A DNA stretch of 64,000 nt from Macrostomum lignano (lineage: Eukaryota): the NCBI GenBank assembly GCA_002269645.1, contig NIVC01000340.1, positions 310,001 through 374,000 on the forward strand. The letters run 5' to 3'. Shown here piece by piece: positions 49,001 to 62,325 of the stretch. The notes beneath the pieces were generated by a model. It saw only the letters and a program-made list of their open reading frames with translations, made no database searches and was not told the DNA's origin. The translations under genes and the position numbers were made by a program. Numbering within the stretch: the first letter of the stretch is position 1; every line of letters starts with the position of its first letter.

Positions 49001-52000
49001 AGTGTTAGTAGGTGTAATTATCTAGTGTTAGTGTAGTTATTCAGTGTCAGTAGGTGTAATTATCTAGTGTCAGTAGGTGTAATTATCTAGTGTCAGTAGG
49101 TGTAATTATCTAATGTCAGTAGGTGTAATTATCTAGTATCAGTAGGTGTAATTATCTAGTGTCAGTGGATGCAATTATCTTGTGTCAGTAGGTGTAATTA
49201 TCTAGTGTTAGTGTAATTATTCAGTGTCAGTAGGTGTAATTATCTAGTGTCAGTAGGTGTAATTATCTAGTGTCAGTAGGTGTAATTATCTAGTGTCAGT
49301 GGATGTAATTATCTAGTGTCAGTAGGTGTAATTATCTAGTGTCAGTAGGTGTAATTATCTAGTGTCAGTAGGTGTAATTATCTAGTGTCAGTAGGTGTAA
49401 TTATCTAGTGTCAGTAGGTGTAATTATCTAGTGTCAGTGGATGCAATTATCTTGTGTCAGTAGGTGTAATTATCTAGTGTTAGTGTAATTATTCAGTGTC
49501 ACTAGGTGTAATTATCTAGTGTCAGTAGGTGTAATTATCTAGTGTCAGTGGGTGTAATTATCTTGTGTCAGTAGGTGTAATTATCTAGTGTTAGTAGGTG
49601 TAATTATCTAGTGTCAGTGGATGCAATTATCTTGTGTCAGTAGGTGTAATTATCTAGTGTCAGTGGATGTAATTATCTAGTGTCAGTAGGTGTAATTATC
49701 TAGTGTCAGTAGGTGTAATTATCTAGTGTCAGTAGGTGTAATTATCTAGTGTCAGTGGATGTAATTATCTAGTGTCAATAGGTGTAATTATCTTGTGTCA
49801 GTAGGTGTAATTATCTAGTGTCAGTAGGTGTAATTATCTAGTGTCAGTAGGTGTAATTATCTTGTGTCAGTAGGTGTAATTATCTAGTGTCAGTGGATGT
49901 AATTATCTAGTGTCAGTAGGTGTAATTATCTAGTGTCAGTAGGTGTAATTATCTAGTGTCAGTAGGTGTAATTATCTAGTGTCAGTGGATGTAATTATCT
50001 AGTGTCAGTAGGTGTAATTATCTAGTGTCAGTAGGCGTAATTATCTAGTGTCAGTAGGTGTAATTATCTAGAGTCAGTAGGAGTAATTATCTAGTGTCAG
50101 TAGGTGTAATTATCTAGTATCAGTAGGCGTAATTATCTAGTGTCAGTAGGTGTAATTATCTAGTGTCAGTAGGTGTAATTATCTAGTTTCAGTAGGTGTA
50201 ATTATCTAGTGTCAGTAGGTGTAATTATCTAGTGTCAGTAGGTGTAATTATCTAGTGTCAGTAGGTGTAATTATCTAGTGTTAGTGTAATTATCTAGTGT
50301 CAGTAGGTGTAATTATCTAGTGTCAGTGGATGTAATTATCTAGTATCAGGTGTAATTATCTAGTTTCAGTAGGTGTAATTATCTAGTGTCAGTAGGTGTA
50401 ATTATCTAGTGTCAGTAGGTGTAATTATCTAGTGTCAGTAGGTGTAATTATCTAGTGTCAGTAGGTGTAATTATCTAGTGTTAGTGTAATTATCTAGTGT
50501 CAGTAGGTGTAATTTTCTAGTGTCAGTAGGTGTAATTATCTAGTGTCAGTAGGTGTAATTATCTAGTGTTAGTGTAATTATCTAGTGTCAGTAGGTGTAA
50601 TTATCTAGTGTCAGTAGGTGTAATTATCTAGTGTTAGTGTAATTATCTAGTGTCAGTAGGTGTAATTATCTAGTGTCAGTATGTGTAATTATCTAGTGTC
50701 AGTAGGTGTAATTATCTAGTGTTAGTGTAATTATCTAGTGTCAGTAGGTGTAATTATCTAGTGTCAGTGGATGTAATTATCTAGTATCAGGTGTAATTAT
50801 CTAGTTTCAGTAGGTGTAATTATCTAGTGTCAGTAGGTGTAATTATCTAGTGTCAGTAGGAGTAATTATCTAGTGTCAGTAGGTGTAATTATCTAGTGTC
50901 AGTGGATGTAATTATCTAGTATCAGGTGTAATTATCTAGTGTCAGTAGGTGTAATTATCTAGTGTCAGCAAGTGTCAGATCGAGTGTCAGCAAGTGTCAG
51001 ATCGAGTGTCAGCAGGGTCCACAATCACTTACGAGTGTCTGTACTCCATTTCAACCCTCTCAGGCTCGCCCGGTTCGCGTGCTCACGCTGGCCGACCTTG
51101 AGCACCGTTACGCTATCCTGAGCGCCCACCTGCAACTCTCTCTGCGTCATCCGTCGGCAACGTCAACAACGGCATCGGCTTCCGCCGCCGCAGCAGCCGC
51201 AGCCACCGCTGCCAATTCCACGCTCGGCCTAGACGAACTTGTCGCCGACTTGCTGTCCGTAGGGCTCTACCACGAAGCCAAATGCCTGCTGCGCCGCTGC
51301 AACAGGGCGCCGACCCCGCTGTTGGAATCTTTGGCCGGAGCTGCCGTCACCGCCAGCGGCTACGTGTCCACCACCGAGGAATCGTTTGCCGCCATCAAGG
51401 AGGCCCTGGAAGAAGAAGGCGCGTCAGCCGAGGGCGCTAGTCCAGCTGACTGTCTGTGGTCGCTGTTGCAGGTAAGACATTACTGTCACTTCCCAGATCC
51501 CTAATTAGGCTATGATCCCAGATCCTCAACTAGGCTATGATCCCAGATCCTCAATTAGGCTATTATACCAGATCCTCAATTAGGCTATGATCCCAGATCC
51601 TCAATTAGGCTTTGATCCCAGATTCCTAATTAGACTATTATCTCAGATTCCTTTTAGACCATGGTCCCAGCTACCCAATTAGGCTATGATCCCAGATCTT
51701 TAATTTGGCTATGATCCCAGATCCCTAATTGGGCTATGATCCCAGATCCCTAATTAGGCTATAATCAAAGATCCTCAATTAGGCTATGATTCCAGATTCT
51801 CAATTTGGGCATGGTCCCAGATTCCTAATTAGACTATGATCCCAGATCCCTAATTAGGCTATAATTAAAGATCCTCAATTAGGCTATGATTCCAGATTCT
51901 CAATTTGAGCATGGTCCCAGCTTCCTAATTAGGCTATGATTCCAGATCCCTAATTAGGCTATGATCCCAGATTCCTAATTAGGCTATGATCCCAGATCCC

Positions 52001-53154
52001 TAATTAGGCTATGATCCCAGATCCCTAATTAGGCTATAATCAAAGATCCTCAATTAGGCTATGATTCCAGATTCTCAATTTGACTATGATCCGTTTCTCA
52101 ATTAGGCTGTGATCCTAGATCCTTAATTTGGCTATGATCCCAGATCCCTAATTGGGCTATGATCCCAGATCCCTAATTAGGCTATAATTAAAGATCCTCA
52201 ATTAGGCTATGATTCCAGATTCTCAATTTGAGCATGGTCCCAGCTTCCTAATTAGGCTATGATCCCAGATCCCTTATTAGTCTATGATCCCAGATTCCTA
52301 ATTAGGCTATGATCCTAGATCCCTAATTAGGCTATGATCCCAGATCCCTAATTAGGCTATAATCAAAGATCCTCAATTAGGCTATGAAAGTATCAGATTA
52401 AACATGCCTTTTGAGGGAGTTATTTGTATAAATCACGAGGGCCTGAGGCCCGAGAGATTTATGAAAATAACTCCCGAAAAAGGCATGTGTAATCTCGTAT
52501 AAACCATAGACATAAAGACTTTACGGGATATTATTGAATATTACCAAATAAAATCCCGGAGAACGCAAATACTGTCACGGAAAGTCTTTATTTCTATGGA
52601 TTATTTCCAGATTCTCAATTTGACTATGATCCGTTTCTCAATTAGGCTGTGATCCTAGATCCTTAATTTGGCTATGATCCCAGATCCCTAATTAGTCTAT
52701 GGTCTAAGATATAGAGAACATATTAAGCCAATTCCTCTATCATGCTCCACAGCTCTACACCGAGCGCTACGATTGGCCAGGCGCTCCCGGTCTGGAAGCG
52801 ATCGTTCGTCGTCTACTTCTACTAGACTATCCCCTGCCAGCCTGGCTGATCAAGCTGTACACCGAGCGGGATCCGGCCGGCCTACTCCGGCTGTACATCG
52901 CTCACGATCGAGTTGAAGAGGCAGCCGAATTGAGTCGTCGCCTAGTTGAGTCGGCTCGCTTAGCAGCGCTCGAGTCGGGGAGGTCTGCAACAGCGGCTCC
53001 GCAGCGCTGCCTGCCCTACACCCAGATACTGCAGGTGCGCGAAGGCCTTCGTTTATTAGGGCCGCCTGCACAGCCTTGGTACGCCAAGTTGCAGGCCAGT
53101 CTGATTGATTATAAGAGTGCTTGCGATGATCGACTGCGTCAGCTGGTTGTTTAA
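37041..53154 (+). CDS. NUP160: Nucleoporin Nup160; exons 37041..37152, 38752..39035, 39696..39995, 41700..42109, 42756..43487, 44091..44971, 45428..45644, 46263..47165, 51064..51471, 52753..53154; first exon(s) unresolved
   Basis: Phase-compatible GT-AG introns. Motifs are colinear with vertebrate NUP160 as recalled: RNRVLYW...[51 protein letters not shown]...[12 protein letters not shown]...RARAVD...[17 protein letters not shown] and [10 protein letters not shown]...LLRLY..DRVEEA. The 39036 donor (GTGTCT) is weak. Confidence 0.93.
37225..38650. repeat. 21/24-bp minisatellite (CTTCAGTTCCTCACCCTCATC) in a NUP160 intron
   Basis: Period 21 with 24-bp variants, lying between the donor at 37153 and the acceptor at 38751. 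Confidence 0.95.
39150..39600. repeat. ~16-bp minisatellite (CCCCAGTATTCACAGT) in a NUP160 intron
   Basis: Recurrent motif with period about 16. Confidence 0.9.
40015..41635. repeat. Compound minisatellite: 18-bp GTTCCTCCCGATATTCA(G/T) changing to 30-bp GTTCCTCCCAGTATTCAGGCTTGGGTTCAG
   Basis: The unit switches at about 40680. Both lie within the intron 39996-41699. Confidence 0.95.
42160..42700. repeat. 32-bp minisatellite (ATCACCATGGCGAATCTGCCATTCTCACTTTA)
   Basis: Period 32 (42181 versus 42213), intronic. Confidence 0.95.
43515..43940. repeat. 24-bp minisatellite (AATTCCCCTTTTCCTCTACAGTAG)
   Basis: Period 24 with occasional 23-bp units, within intron 43488-44090. Confidence 0.95.
45760..46240. 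repeat. 15-bp minisatellite (AACCTGAATCTTCAT)
   Basis: Period 15 within intron 45645-46262. Confidence 0.92.
47250..50965. repeat. ~3.7-kb 23-bp minisatellite (GTGTAATTATCTAGTGTCAGTAG)
   Basis: Period 23 (49321 versus 49344). It fills intron 47166-51063. Confidence 0.97.
51500..52720. repeat. 25-bp minisatellite (ATTAGGCTATGATCCCAGATCCCTA) interrupted by a double-hairpin insert at about 52388-52603
   Basis: Period 25 within the last NUP160 intron. Confidence 0.9.
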
Positions 53155-56100
53155 ACTTAATAATTCAGCTATTTACTGTTTGACTTTAATCCGGTTTTCA
53201 TTTACATTAGTTATAGTTATCCCATTGCAATAGTCATAACTCAATTTTTAAATTGTACTCTAGTTTAGCCAAAATTACTCAAATAGTTTTTGTTAACTTT
53301 CGACATTAAAAATCTAAGAATAGTATAAATCTACAGTTAGTTATTTTAGGATTTTTGTATGTATTTTGCTTCCCTTAATTGTTCTAACTATAGTGTGTCG
53401 TATTAAAACAGCAATCTGTGCATGTTTATTTTTACTAATTTACTTAACAAGTTGACAACTAAATTTACGCTTTACAAACTTTGACTCGTCATTTTTTATT
53501 TTCATCGCGGTTCAGTTTTTTAGGGGTTATATTAGCTGTTAATTTTATTGCAACAAAAAAACTCTCATATGTCGATAATACATCTTAAAGGTTACTGTTA
53601 AACGACTTAAAAGATAAATTTGAAATAATTACTCTAGACAACACATTGAGTTAAAAATGCAATCACCATCGCAATTAATCTCTAGTAAATATGAACATAG
53701 TACCTATGATGCATTGCTCCAGACTTGTCTTTTCGGATTGCAATTTTCCGTTTCTAACTAGCTTCTTAACTGCAATGGTCCGTCCTACTGTCCGTCTGTG
53801 TATCGTTCAGTCTTGGTCGCAGTGTTTTGATAACATTAACATGGCCGGAATACTTCATATTTATACTGTAAGCTAACTGTCTGGCAAAAATATTTTTTAA
53901 TCGCTTCTTGTTTCCATAATACATAAATTATGCTTTTGATATGCTAATATAAAAATCTTTAGTTAAAATCCTTAAAGAAAAGTTGCCTAAATTAAAAATT
54001 ATACTTTATTTGTCGTGGCGTCGCGCGCAGTTCTATATATCTGTCGCCTGTCAGCCTCACTTTTTACTAGCTCTCAATTGGTTCAAATGCAACTGTGGGG
54101 TAAAGATAGGAAAGCTCAACTCTCATTTTTGTTTATTTTAAGATGCAGTTTGCATGCACCACTAGGTAGGCCTATCAGTCTATGAGTCTAATAATAATAC
54201 CTAATTTTTATTTGCATTTACCATTCTTATACTTTACTGTTTACTGTTATTGGCTTAGGCTAAGCTAATTATTAGTTGATACTGATAAACCTATCTTGGT
54301 TCGACTTGGTACTTATTCCTTAGTCTAGACTTCTAGAGCCAAAGAATTTTGTTAGGCATATCAAAATTTTTAATATAATTTTATTTTCTAGCAAAAATTT
54401 AAGTCAAATAACTACTTATTGTGTCTATGTCTATATACTAAGTGGCAATTGCCCAAGGCCTACGCTTAGCTTTTTACCAAAGTTGTAAGCTAACTTTTAA
54501 TACCTATAACTATATTCAAAGTTCTATATTTTATATTTATCAATATTTATCAATAGGCTGCCTAATATCAACAAATTTGAGCTCTGTTTTTTTAATTATT
54601 TTTTTGACTTTGTTAGGCCTATGCAAATAAAATTTAGACCTTAGTGATTAGGCCCCCTAGTCATTTTGTTAACTCATTTGACATTTACAAATAATGCTAT
54701 ATAGATAAGCCTCTATAAAAAAATCTATATCTTAAAAATATTATATTATGTTAAACACACCAAGATGGCCACAGCTTTAAATTAGATAATAAGCCTAGGA
54801 CCTAGGTCTATATATTTCACTCATTTCCTATTGGTAATAATTTGTATTAGATATAGATCTTCAAGTGTTAGGCATAGGGAGATAGATGCTATAATAGAAT
54901 TATGTTATATTAAAAATATTCCCTTTGGCTTTGGCTTTAGCTTTTATTGTAGCCTGACCTATATAAAAATATAGATATTTATCTACTAAATAAAGCAAGT
55001 AGCCAATTACAAAATAAATATCTTATTGTATATTTATTCCATTTTTTGATAGCAATACTAATAGCAATGGTTTTTTGATAAATTGATAGTAATAGATTTG
55101 ATAGATATAATGATAAAAAATTAGCACAGACACTGAAAATATTTTGTGTATTATGCCTTTTAGATAGGATGGTAAAAAGAGAATAGATATAATCTTGTGC
55201 AGGTGCACATTTTATTTTTTTACTTTCTATATAGAATGCATTATATTTAGGATGAATTTCACCCTGGTTTATAAAGGCTAATTATGCAAATTTTTTTAGA
55301 TGCATTTGTTTCAATAATAGGTCTTATTAAAATATTATAGGCCCTAAAAATATTGTTTAAAATAGCACTAAGAAACCCATTTTATAAAGTACATAGGCCA
55401 CCAACAAAATAACTTATTTTCTACCTTCTACATGCACAATAGTTGGCCAATCTGGCTGACCAATCTGGCGGCCAATCAAGGTAAGTCACAAAAATGCCCA
55501 CCCAAAAAACATTAAAGTAGTACTAAGTAGATAATGAGGCATTTTGCCTTAATAAAACAGTCATAGTTACTCCTACCATTTACCCAAGTTGCATTAATTT
55601 TGCTTTAGGGTTTCTTTTACATGTAAGTTGCATTTTTGGCCAAAAACTATGTCACATTTTTTGTTAAAACTAAGTCTCATGGCTGACTGAATTTTGGAAG
55701 TTGCGCATATATGTTCTAACTTCAAGTTCATGCTTCTATTTTAAAAGAGCATTATATTTAATACTTTAGTCATTGATTTATAAGAATATTAAAATACCTT
55801 AGCCTTAGGCAATAGGAATACTCACTACTGTCACTCTATACTCAAGAAAGTTTAGCCATTTTGAAGTACCACTTTGGTATACCATTTAACTTTAAAGATT
55901 TTTTAGTTGTACTTAAGATAAAATTATCTACTAGAAAGTAAAAACATCACAATTAGATATAAGACAAATATTTGGAATGTTTGGAACCAAATTAAATCAT
56001 TAGTTCAAAAGTAAAGAATTAGAAAGTTGAATAATCTAAATACCAAGTACCAATTACTTATTTTAATATTAGGCAAAGAAATGGAACAAGATAAGTTAAG

Positions 56101-57031
56101 TAATGGTATATAGGTGTTGTGGCTCATAAAGGGAAGGAATTAGGGATAGTTGTGCTCTAAGGAAAGATAAAAGGATTTGAGATGTAACAATTCAGTAAAT
56201 TGTGTTAAAATTTAAGAAGGTTTAGAAGGAAAGGAAGAATAAAAAGTTTGATTTTAAAAAGTTAAAAGTGTTAGGGGTTGTGGGCTTGTGACTCATAAAT
56301 GAGGAAAAAGAATCAAGAATGGGATAACACATAGCATTTTTTGAGGAATGGTGGGGATGCTTAAAGCAGTTATGCATATTGTGCTCAGATTTAAGGCTTT
56401 AGGAAAATTGGAGCATTAAGAGTGAGTTTATAGAACATGAATTTGGTGGCATTGAATCTCACAAGTTGGATGGTTAAGGTTAGAATTTGGTCTGGATGCA
56501 TTTCATTGGATGGGAAGTAAAGATGCAGACTATTTGTTGAGGGCTGCTAAATGAAATAGGACTAGGTATTAAATATCATGTGCTTCTAGCAGTGAATAGT
56601 GAATAATGACAATTATCTAGAATGATTCATTCAACTATCAATTAGCACTACTGACAAGTGATGGGTGAGTAGTGATGTAAGCATATTATTGATGTAAAAA
56701 TTTATACTTCATACTATTCAATATTCAAATCAGTTCTATCAGATATTTGAATGAAAAAAATCATTTTGTTTTATATCTAATCTAGATTCAAAATCTAAGA
56801 ACTCATCTCAAAGCAAAATAAGTATGTATTAGCTTAAGTTGTGATCCTTTGATCTGAGTAATACTAGTACATTAAGGGTTAGTGTGTATTATCGAAATAG
56901 TATCTTATTGTCTTTTTTATGTAACTCATCAAGCAAGCTTACCTTAGCTTGACATTGGCTCTTATGAGACCAAACAATTTAATTATAATCTATATCAAAA
57001 GTACATCTTGAACAAAAAGAAAAAAGAAGCA

Positions 57032-60000
57032 ATGAAAAATCGCTTAAAGCTTCTGTGTGTATTTGGCTGCTTTCTATGCTACTTCTTTGCTGACGGTTGC
57101 ACCTATTCGTTTGGCCTGCTGTATCCGGAGCTCCTAGCCAACTTCAATCAGACTAATAGTCATGTGGCATTCTTATCTGGACTGATATATGGCATACCGC
57201 AGATATTGGCGCCCATCGTGTGCCATCTGCAGCATACATTCGGCTGTAGTCGAATAGCATTTGTCAGTGCATTCCTTCTGCTGGTGTCATATTCTTCCGG
57301 CTACTATGCTACTAGGATTGAACTGCTCTGGCTGTCTGTCGGTGTATTTACTAGTTTAGGTCTGGAGTGCGGCTACATATCCGGTATTATGTTTGTATCC
57401 ACTTACTACAATAAGCGCAGAGCATTGTTTACTGGTATTACCACAGCTGGTGGCGGCGTTGGAATCTTCTGTTTAACTTATCTGTTGGCATTTCTCACGG
57501 AAAAATTCACTTATCGAGGCGCCATGCTGTTAGTAGCCGGTCTCTGCTTCAATGTAGCCGTCAGTGCTAGTCTGTTTTTATCCTACGAAAGATCTTTAAA
57601 GGTTAAAAAATCGTCTGCAAATCGTCGGCATAGTCAACAAAATGTCGACGGGGAACAAGTTGGATTCTGCGTCGGTTTGTGTCAATCCTTTGCCGGAGGT
57701 CGGGCGGCTGTCAGGCCGAGATTGCTGATATTCTGCGCCTGTCACAGTCTCATTAGCATGTGGGTGATGCTGCCCTGGACGCTGTTTTACACTCACGCCA
57801 CTGGTTATGGTCAATTGAATGCAGCAGAGGTCAGTTCTTTAGAGTTGTTAACTCTATCAACTCTTATGCCGAAATGTCCGTAAGGAATCGCCCTCAGACA
57901 TCGCTAAGGAATCGCTCTCAACCATTTCTAAGAAATCGCCCCGAAATATCGCTGAGGAATTGCCCTCATACATCATTAAGGAATTGCCCTAAGACATCGC
58001 TAAGGATTCCCCCTCATACATCGCTGAGGAATCGCCCTCATACATCATTAAGGATTCCCCCTCAGACATCGCTAAGGATTCGCCTTCATATATCGCGTCG
58101 CTAAGGATTCCCCCTCATACATCGCTGAGGAATCGCCCTCATACATCATTAAGGAATCGCCCTCAGACATCGCTAAGGAATCGCCCTCAGAAATCTCTAA
58201 GAAATCACCCTCAGACATCGCCAAGGAATCACCCTCAGATATCGCTAAGGAATCGCCATAAAAACATCGCTGATGAATTACCCCAAAACGTAGGTTAGAA
58301 ATCGCCCCTACCCCTCCCAAAACAGTCGACGGCGCGCCACTAAAGTTCAGTTCCTTTAAGTCGAACACAAGCTTGGAGTCTCAAAACTGTTTGTAGTGCC
58401 TGATTGCTCAATGTTCTCTTCTATTCCCATCCCAGGCATCCGGTCTGCAGTCAGCTATGGGCCTGCTAACAGCTCTTGGTCAAATTGCCTGGGGTTTCGC
58501 TGGCGACAGAGCCAACCCGCTGTACCTTCTCTGTCTGTGCATGCTATTGGCTGGCGCCTGCTGCGCCCTGATTGGCTGGGCTGTTGGCCTAGCCAGCCTG
58601 GTACCAATTTGCGTTGTCTACGCCCTGACCAATGGCGGCCTTGTATCGTTGCTCACCGTCTGTTTAATACGATTATCCGGTTTATCGAATTTGCACGTGA
58701 CTCTTAGCGTTGCATCGGTATTGGGCGGGGCAACCTCGTTGGCTGGTACCTCGATAGCTGGACTGATTGCCGATCGGTTTGGTTACCAGGTGAGGGCATT
58801 GATCAGCTGGTCACAGGTGTGATTGGGGATCATGACCGATGGATGAGCTGGTCACAGGTGTCATTATCTGTTATGACCCTTAGATCAGCTGGTCACAGGT
58901 ATTGTTATGTGTTATGACTCTTAGATCAGCTGGTCACAGGTGTGATTGGGGATCATTACCGATGGATGAGCTGGTCACAGGTGTCATTTTGTGTTATGAC
59001 CCTTAGATAAGCTGGTCACATGTGTGATTGTGGATCATGACCGATGGATGAGCTGGTCATAGGTGTGATTATCAATCATGACCGATGGATGAGCTGGTCG
59101 CAGGTGTGATTATCAATCATAACCGATGGATGAGCTGGTCGCAGGTGTGATTATCAATCATGACCGATGGATGAGCTGGTCGCAGGTGTGATTATCAATC
59201 ATGACCGATGGATGAGCTGGTCGCAGGTGTGATTATCAATCATGACCGATGGATGAGCTGGTCGCAGGTGTGATTATCAATCATGACCGATGGATGAGCT
59301 GGTCACAGGTGTGATTATCAATCATGACCGATGGATGAGCTGGTCGCAGGTGTAATTATCAATCATGACCGATGGATGAGCTGGTCGCAGGTGTGATTAT
59401 CAATCATGACCGATGGATGAGCTGGTCGCAGGTGTGATTATCAATCATGACCGATGGATGAGCTGGTCGCAGGTGTGATTATCAATCATGACCGATGGAT
59501 GAGCTGGTCGCAGGTGTGATTATCAATCATGACCGATGGATGAGCTGGTCGCAGGTGTGATTATCAATCATGACCGATGGATGAGCTGGTCGCAGGTGTG
59601 ATTATCAATCATGACCGATGGATGAGCTGGTCGCAGGTGTGATTATCAATCATGACCGATGGATGAGCTGGTCGCAGGTGTGATTATCAATCATGACCGA
59701 TGGATGAGCTGGTCGCAGGTGTGATTATCAATCATGACCGATGGATGAGCTGGTCGCAGGTGTGATTATCAATCATGACCGATGGATGAGCTGGTCGCAG
59801 GTGTGATTATCAATCATGACCGATTAATGAGCTGGTCGCAGGTGTGATTATCAATCATGACCGATAGATGAATATGATAAATATTTAATATCCCATGTAC
59901 ATTTCTATAAACAATTTAATTGATTGAACGCTTGAACAGGCCGCTCTATGGACAGCTGGCGGAGCTGTTTGCGTAACATCCGTAGCTTTGGCTGCTTTTG

Positions 60001-60176
60001 TAGCCAGCTTTGACAGGCAGTTACTGGTTCGTAACGATGACAACGCCGACAATGCCGCGTCTGTTGGCGATGCCGATATGGACGAAACCAAGACGCCCAT
60101 GAAGCCGCGGAATAGCGATGCCAATTGTGACGAGTTGAATGAGCTGGGAGATGCTTCAGTTCATGATGTGGTTTAA
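57032..60176 (+). CDS. Monocarboxylate-transporter-like MFS protein (SLC16 family), about 462 aa; join(57032..57829,58436..58789,59940..60176)
   Basis: FADGCTYSFGLLYPEL, FGCSRIAF, STYYNKRRALFTGITTAGGGVG, YRGAMLLVAGLCFN, GQIAWGFAGD and IAGLIADRFGY are typical SLC16 motifs. Both introns are phase 0 GT-AG. The N-terminus may extend upstream. Confidence 0.88.
57880..58260. repeat. Degenerate ~24-bp minisatellite (AAGGAATCGCCCTCAGACATCGCT) in MCT intron 1
   Basis: Recurrent AATCGCCCTCA core. Confidence 0.85.
58800..59870. repeat. 41-bp minisatellite (ATCAATCATGACCGATGGATGAGCTGGTCGCAGGTGTGATT) in MCT intron 2
   Basis: Period 41 (59401 versus 59442). Confidence 0.95.
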
Positions 60177-60254
60177 CATGTCTTTTTATGTTATTCAGAT
60201 TCTATAAGATCCAGTCAGTTAAGATTTGCTCAAACCAATTACTTATGGTCATTC

Positions 60255-60810
60255 AAGTAAGATTCAGGCTCTACTTCCGGTCATTGGGGAGATTCAGGCT
60301 CTACTTCCGGTCATTAGGGAGATTCAGACTCTACTTCCGGTCATTGGGGAGATTCAGGCTCTACTTCCGGTCATTAGGGAGATTCAGGCTCTACTTCCGG
60401 TCATTGGGGAGATTCAGACTCTACTTCCGGTCATTGGGGAGATTCAGACTCTACTTCCGGTCATTAGTGAGATTCAGGCTCTACTTCCGGTCATTGGGGA
60501 GATTCAGACTCTACTTCCGGTCATTGGGGAGATTCAGACTCTACTTCCGGTCATTAGGGAGATTCAGACTCTACTTCCGGTCATTAGGGAAATTCAGACT
60601 CTACTTCCGGTCATTGGGGAGATTCAGACTCTACTTCCGGTCATTAGTGAGATTCAGGCTCTACTTCCGGTCATTGGGGAGATTCAGACTCTACTTCCTG
60701 TCATTGGGGAGATTCAGACTCTACTTCCTGTCATTGGGGAGATTTAGATTCTATTTCGGGTCATTGGGGAGATTTAGATTCTATTTCGGGTCATTAAGGA
60801 GATTCAGGCT
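60255..60810. repeat. 30-bp minisatellite (GATTCAGACTCTACTTCCGGTCATTGGGGA) downstream of the MCT stop codon
   Basis: Period 30. Confidence 0.95.
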
Positions 60811-61659
60811 TTACTTCTGGTTCCTGTTTCTTCCTGAACTTAAGGTCTCACATCCGGTAATATTTTGCTAGCCCACTCCCGCTTACCCCTTTTACACGTG
60901 TCATTTCACAATTTTCATGCACCTTTCATTACGAGCTTAATGCATATTTTACTGTGGTAATTCTTATTGCATAGCAGTTTTTGTGTAGCTTTGATTGAGC
61001 CTATGGCTTTTCTTTTACTAGAAGTGGGCAATCACAAGCTTATTGTTTTTGCACCTCCTGTTTTGGTTGTCTTTATACGATTGCCATGTGCTTTTATTTG
61101 TTGCTAGGGTATTAATGCACTGTCCAACTATGTTGCTTTCTTCCCCTAACTTCGCTAATTTTATGCTTTTTATTTTCTTATGACATAAATCGCATGTTTC
61201 CATCATTTCATTTCCCATGTTTCCACCATATTCTATTCATACTTCAATTTTTTACTTAAAATTTTGAACTTCTACTGTTAGTAGTGCACAGGAGTTTTTA
61301 TTCGTATCGTCTTTGTCAAAGCTTTTTTACCACTAATGTCATTCATTTCTGGAGAACAATTTTCCAGTGAACAACCGACATAAGTAAACTTTTATCTTGT
61401 TTTTTTCAAATAGAGTCATCATTCTTATTTATGTCTTGATTTTTTGAACATTTATTTATGAGGCTAAATAGCTAGGGTGAGATTCTGGAGTCGGGAATAT
61501 CTAGGGTGTGAGCTTCTATCGCATTAAAAGTAGAACACGAAACCACATGGTTTGAATCAGCTCTGACTTCTTTAGTCACTGGCCTTCACCCAGTCGGAGC
61601 TTTTGAACCTTCAACAGGTGGCACCAGGTGACTATGAAGACCCTGTTAAGGGAGAGATT

Positions 61660-62090
61660 CTAGGTCTGAGAAATCTCGGGGTGAGATTCCAGGCTCTCAG
61701 ATATCTAGGGTGAGCTTCTAGGGTCTCAGATATCTAGGGGTGAAATTCCAGGGTCTCAGATATCTAGGGGTGAAATTCCAGGGTCTCAGATATCTAGGGG
61801 TGAAATTCCAGGGTCTCAGATATCTAGTGGTGAAATTCCAGGGGCTCAGATATCTAGGGGTGAAATTCCAGGGTCTCAGATATCTAGGGGTGAAATTCCA
61901 GGGTCTCAGATATCTAGGGGTGAAATTTTAGGGTCTCAGATATCTAGTGGTGAAATTCCAGGGTCTCAGATATCTAGGGGTGAAATTCCAGGGTCTCAGA
62001 TATCTAGTGGTGAAATTCCAGGGTCTCAGATATCTAGGGGTAAAATTCCAGGGTCTCAGATATCTAGGGTGAGATTCTAATATCTGAGAT
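61660..62090. repeat. 30-bp minisatellite (GGGTCTCAGATATCTAGGGGTGAAATTCCA) upstream of the UBE2J1 ATG
   Basis: Period 30. Confidence 0.95.
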
Positions 62091-62325
62091 ATGAGTGGTC
62101 TGATTCTTAGGACTGAAGGTAATGAGATCTAGTGAGGGATAAACCACTCAGTCGAAGATATATTAGTATCAATTATTAAAATAAAACTTCGAAAATAAAA
62201 TTCAAAGATATAAAATGTCTCGGCAATTATTGTTTGTTTGTTAATATTTTATGCAATATATAATTAGAACTTCTGGCATCTGGCAAAAACTGAAAAAATC
62301 CATTAATCTATCCGTTCATTAAAGG

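Noticed and set aside
60188-61931. Repeat ORFs (GRFRLYFRSL, IQTLLPVIGE, KFQGLRYLGV) and a CDLCHK-containing minus-strand ORF
   Set aside because: The repeat ORFs are 30-bp arrays. The Cys-containing ORF is short, surrounded by stops and not assignable.
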